Positions 55,059-58,038 of a DNA stretch of 58,038 bases are shown here, piece after piece (the stretch's first letter is position 1; each line of letters opens with the position of its first letter). Below the pieces are notes generated by a model. It was given only the letters and a program-made list of their open reading frames with translations, did no database searches and was not told the origin of the DNA. Location of the stretch: positions 1 through 58,038 of the IMG/VR virus record IMGVR_UViG_3300042890_002798; one strand, given 5' to 3'. A program made the position numbers and the translations under genes. This DNA is from a virus. Taxonomy: Duplodnaviria > Caudoviricetes.

Positions 55059-55970
55059 ATGGCTGTTAATCTTAGCGCCATCCGCGATCTGCTCCTTCCG
55101 GGCCTTCGCGGTGTTGAGGGTAAGTATCCTCAGATCCCGAGTCAGTGGGACAAGGTCTTTGAAAAGGCCAAGTCCAACATGGCTCTCGAGCGTACCGCTG
55201 AAATGCGTTACCTCGGCCTTGCCGCCATCAAGACTGAAGGCGGTGCGGTTAGCTTCGACAACAACGCTTCCGAGCGTTACGTCTATAATCAGGAGCATTA
55301 CGAGATCGGTCTCGGCTACGCGATCACTCGTAAGGCGATTGATGACAACCTGTATAAGACCCAGTTCACGCCCACGAATCTTGGCCTGATCGAGTCCTTC
55401 GGTCAGACGAAGGAAATCTATGGCGCGAACATTCTTAACACGGCGACGACGTATAACTCGGCGGTCGGCGGTGACGGTGTTGCTCTCTGCTCCACCTCGC
55501 ATCCGATTGACGGCGGCGTTGTTGCTAATCGCCCGACTGTCGACGTTGATCTTAACGAAGCCTCGCTGCTTAACGGTATGATCAGCATTCGTCAGAACTT
55601 CAAGGACATCGCCGGCCTGAAGATGTTTGCGCGTGGTCGCAAGCTCATCATTCCGCCGACCCTTGAGCCGACGGCGATTCGCCTTACCAAGACGGAACTC
55701 CGTCCGGGCACGGCAAACAACGACGTCAACGCGATCCATACGACCGCAGGCGGTCTGCCGGAAGGCTACATGGTCAACGACTTCCTGACTTCGACGAAGG
55801 CCTGGTTCCTTCTGACGAATATCAAGGGTCTTGTCTACATGGAGCGTATCCCGTACGAAATGGATATGCAGGTAGACTTCACCACGGATAATTTGCTAGT
55901 GAAGGGATATGAACGTTATAGTTTCGGCTACTACAATTGGCGCTCAATTTTTGGTAGCTTCCCGACCTAA
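55059..55970 (+). CDS. Major capsid protein
   Basis: LLPGL; K.EG; LGYAIT..A..DNLY; GDGVAL....HP; NDVNA; ERYSFG; strong codon bias. Confidence 0.9.
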   Translation: MAVNLSAIRDLLLPGLRGVEGKYPQIPSQWDKVFEKAKSNMALERTAEMRYLGLAAIKTEGGAVSFDNNASERYVYNQEHYEIGLGYAITRKAIDDNLYKTQFTPTNLGLIESFGQTKEIYGANILNTATTYNSAVGGDGVALCSTSHPIDGGVVANRPTVDVDLNEASLLNGMISIRQNFKDIAGLKMFARGRKLIIPPTLEPTAIRLTKTELRPGTANNDVNAIHTTAGGLPEGYMVNDFLTSTKAWFLLTNIKGLVYMERIPYEMDMQVDFTTDNLLVKGYERYSFGYYNWRSIFGSFPT

Positions 55971-55975
55971 TTGAT

Positions 55976-56020
55976 TTAAGTCGCTGTATTTATTCAACAA
56001 TGCAGCGACTTAATATTTTC
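55976..56020 (+). terminator. Hairpin/terminator after the capsid gene
   Basis: TTAAGTCGCTG...CAGCGACTTAA followed by TATTTTC. Confidence 0.6.
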
Positions 56021-56030
56021 GGGTGTTGGC

Positions 56031-56059
56031 TTTACATTATCATTAAGCCAAAGTATAAT
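56031..56059 (+). promoter_or_regulatory. Promoter of the endonuclease cassette
   Basis: TTTACA-17nt-TATAAT. Confidence 0.7.
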
Positions 56060-56092
56060 CTTCAAATCGTAGCTACGATTGGGAGATATGCG

Positions 56093-56737
56093 ATGGTAAA
56101 AAATGTAGAGCTGACATTCGAAGAATTGTCCAATGTTTTGAGTTATGACGCCTATTCAGGTTCTTTTACCTGGAAGGTGACAATTAACTCCAGAGCTAAG
56201 GCAGGAGAAAAAGCAGGCGTTTGGCAGCGTATGCAAAATGGCAAAGATTATTTTTCGATCACTTATAAGGGTCGAAAGTTATCTGGAGCCCAGCTTGCAT
56301 GGTTGCTTCATCATGGCGAATGGCCAGATAGGTCAACCTTCTTCATTGATGGCGACACGACAAATCTTCGGATATCAAACATCAAGCTAGCTGATTACAA
56401 GGCAGAGCGGGTTGTTAGAGAAGATGGTTCTACTCGCTATAAAATGTCTAAGGATCAGCAACGACACTATGGCTTGATGCGCTATTATGGAATGTCTGTT
56501 GGCGAATATGCCGAGATGTTTCGGAAGCAGGATGGCAAATGCGCCATCTGCAATCAGCCGGAAACTGATAAAGATCGTCATGGGAACATTCGTGTTCTAG
56601 CAGTCGATCACTGTCATGCTACTGGCGCTGTTCGGGAACTTCTTTGCTATGCCTGCAATAGTATGCTTGGGCAAGCCAAAGATAACATTGATGTTTTACT
56701 TGCTGGTGCTGAGTATCTCAAAAAGCATTCAGCTTAA
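56093..56737 (+). mobile_element. Homing endonuclease: degenerate HNH plus endonuclease VII domain
   Basis: GGAG RBS, ATG 56093; QDGKCAIC...LAVDHCH.TG.VR.LLC..CN..LG. Confidence 0.85.
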
Positions 56738-56762
56738 CGCACAACCCCAAAGGATGTGAATA

Positions 56763-57821
56763 ATGGCACTTACCAATTTTCCCAACGGCATTACCTCTTT
56801 CGGTGTGCCGGTCGTTGGTGGCGTTGGCGGCATTCCGCTGACTGGCACCTGGTGGTTTGTTAACCCGGCTTCGGGTTCTGACGCCTATGATGGGCAGTCT
56901 CCCGAGACGCCTTTCCAGACGATTTATGCTGCCTATCAGGCTGCGGCTGACGGCAATAACGACGTTATTGTCCTGATCGGCAACGGTGCGACCAGCGGCA
57001 CGGCGCGTCTTTCTCTTGCGAATGCGCAGGCGGCAAACAGCGCTGCGACGAGCGGCTCTCTTATTTGGGCGAAGAATGCTCTTCACCTGATTGGCGAGGG
57101 TTCTCCGACCGGCATCAGCAATCGCGCGCGCATGGCTCCGCCGACAACCTATACGGCCGCGACCTTCCTTAATAGTCAGCCGGTTGCTTCGACGCCGGTT
57201 GTGAAGGTCACTGGCTCTGGATGTATCTTTGCGAACTTCCAGATCTGGGGTGGTTTCTCGACGGGTAATGCCGGTATGATTACCTGGCAGGACGAGGGCA
57301 ATCGTAACTATTACGCCAGCGTCCATTTTGCTGGTCAGTCTGACGCAGCTTCGGCTGGCGGCACGGCTTCGCGTTCGCTGGTTCTTTCCGGCGGCGGCGA
57401 GCATGTGTTTCAGGACTGCACTGTTGGCGTTGATACTGTTCAGCGCACGACGGGCGTTACGCGCACGCTTGAGTTCAAGGACGGCACGGCTCGCAACTCG
57501 TTCCTTGGTTGCGTATTCCCGGTCACGCTGGCGTCTGCTTCGGCTGCTTCTCGGACGATCTACACGGCTGCTGCGGCGGCTGCGGATCGCTGGCAGCGGT
57601 TTGATGGCTGCACGTTCATCAACGCGGTTGGCTCGGGTTCAACGGCCCAGACGGCTCTTGTCGATCTGGCTGCCTCGACGGGTGGCGTTGTCATCCTGAA
57701 GAACTCGACGGCTGTTGGTTCGACGGATCTGTTCGCGAATGCGACGACTGCCGGCCAGATGTATATCGACGGTGGCGCTCCGACTGCGGCTACCACGGCC
57801 CTTGCTGTTAATCCGGCCTAA
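56763..57821 (+). CDS. Virion surface protein (head fibre-like)
   Basis: TNFPNG..SFG N-terminus; FV....GSD..DG.SP.TPF.TI; beta-helix-like. Confidence 0.65.
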   Translation: MALTNFPNGITSFGVPVVGGVGGIPLTGTWWFVNPASGSDAYDGQSPETPFQTIYAAYQAAADGNNDVIVLIGNGATSGTARLSLANAQAANSAATSGSLIWAKNALHLIGEGSPTGISNRARMAPPTTYTAATFLNSQPVASTPVVKVTGSGCIFANFQIWGGFSTGNAGMITWQDEGNRNYYASVHFAGQSDAASAGGTASRSLVLSGGGEHVFQDCTVGVDTVQRTTGVTRTLEFKDGTARNSFLGCVFPVTLASASAASRTIYTAAAAAADRWQRFDGCTFINAVGSGSTAQTALVDLAASTGGVVILKNSTAVGSTDLFANATTAGQMYIDGGAPTAATTALAVNPA

Positions 57822-57845
57822 TCCCAAAGATTAAGGAGATAGAAT

Positions 57846-58038
57846 ATGAAAGCTCATTACAAGAAGGGTGGCTCGGTTGAGCCCCAGGGCAAGATGGTTG
57901 CCAACCCGACTCCGTCCGATGTTTACGCCGGCGAAGATTCGGAAGTTGTGAAGTCTGCCAAGAAGCGCAAGAAGGGCGGCAAGGTTTGTGGCCCAATGGC
58001 CATGAAGCGCGCTGACCGCAAGCCGCGCAAGTCTGGCG
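57846..58038 (+). CDS. 5' part of the junction-spanning GG-motif protein
   Basis: AAGGAG RBS; MKAHYKKGGSVEPQGK...; continues to 198. Confidence 0.85.
   Translation, partial: MKAHYKKGGSVEPQGKMVANPTPSDVYAGEDSEVVKSAKKRKKGGKVCGPMAMKRADRKPRKSG
57912..58038. repeat. Terminal direct repeat, right copy
   Basis: Identical to 1-127. Confidence 0.95.

Noticed and set aside
1-58038. tRNA genes, integrase/att site, alternative genetic code
   Set aside because: No cloverleaf or integrase noticed by eye (tRNAscan not run); standard-code ORFs tile the genome and all three stop codons are used

Overview
This window looks like a complete, circularly assembled dsDNA tailed phage genome of about 57.9 kb. Bases 1-127 equal bases 57912-58038, which is probably an assembler overlap. 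The gene content points to a podovirus-like virion (portal, scaffold, GroES, major capsid, adaptor rings, nozzle, tail fibres/tailspike, ejection proteins) and an alphaproteobacterial host (GcrA, GapR and DnaA C-terminal homologues). I see no integrase, repressor, DNA polymerase, primase or tRNA. Layout: tail, ejection and lysis genes 1-24.9 kb (+); recombination/early genes 25-30 kb (-); DNA metabolism 30-35.6 kb (+); small early genes 35.7-37 kb (-); packaging and head genes 37-58 kb (+). The most striking feature is a roughly 7-residue di-glycine motif (basic or aromatic residue, x-x-G-G-x-V/A). It occurs about 30 times in seven putative virion-internal proteins and marks the joins between modules: S-layer-type DUF4214 repeats, two muralytic enzymes and small basic domains. 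This suggests a cargo-tagging or polyprotein-processing system. Also notable: a type II hammerhead ribozyme, a candidate anti-RBS sRNA, a triplicated adaptor ring matched by three fibres with a shared N-terminus, a ~400-nt structured non-coding region, and an apparently recoded capsid 3' end next to a homing endonuclease. All family assignments come from motif recognition by eye, not from database searches.
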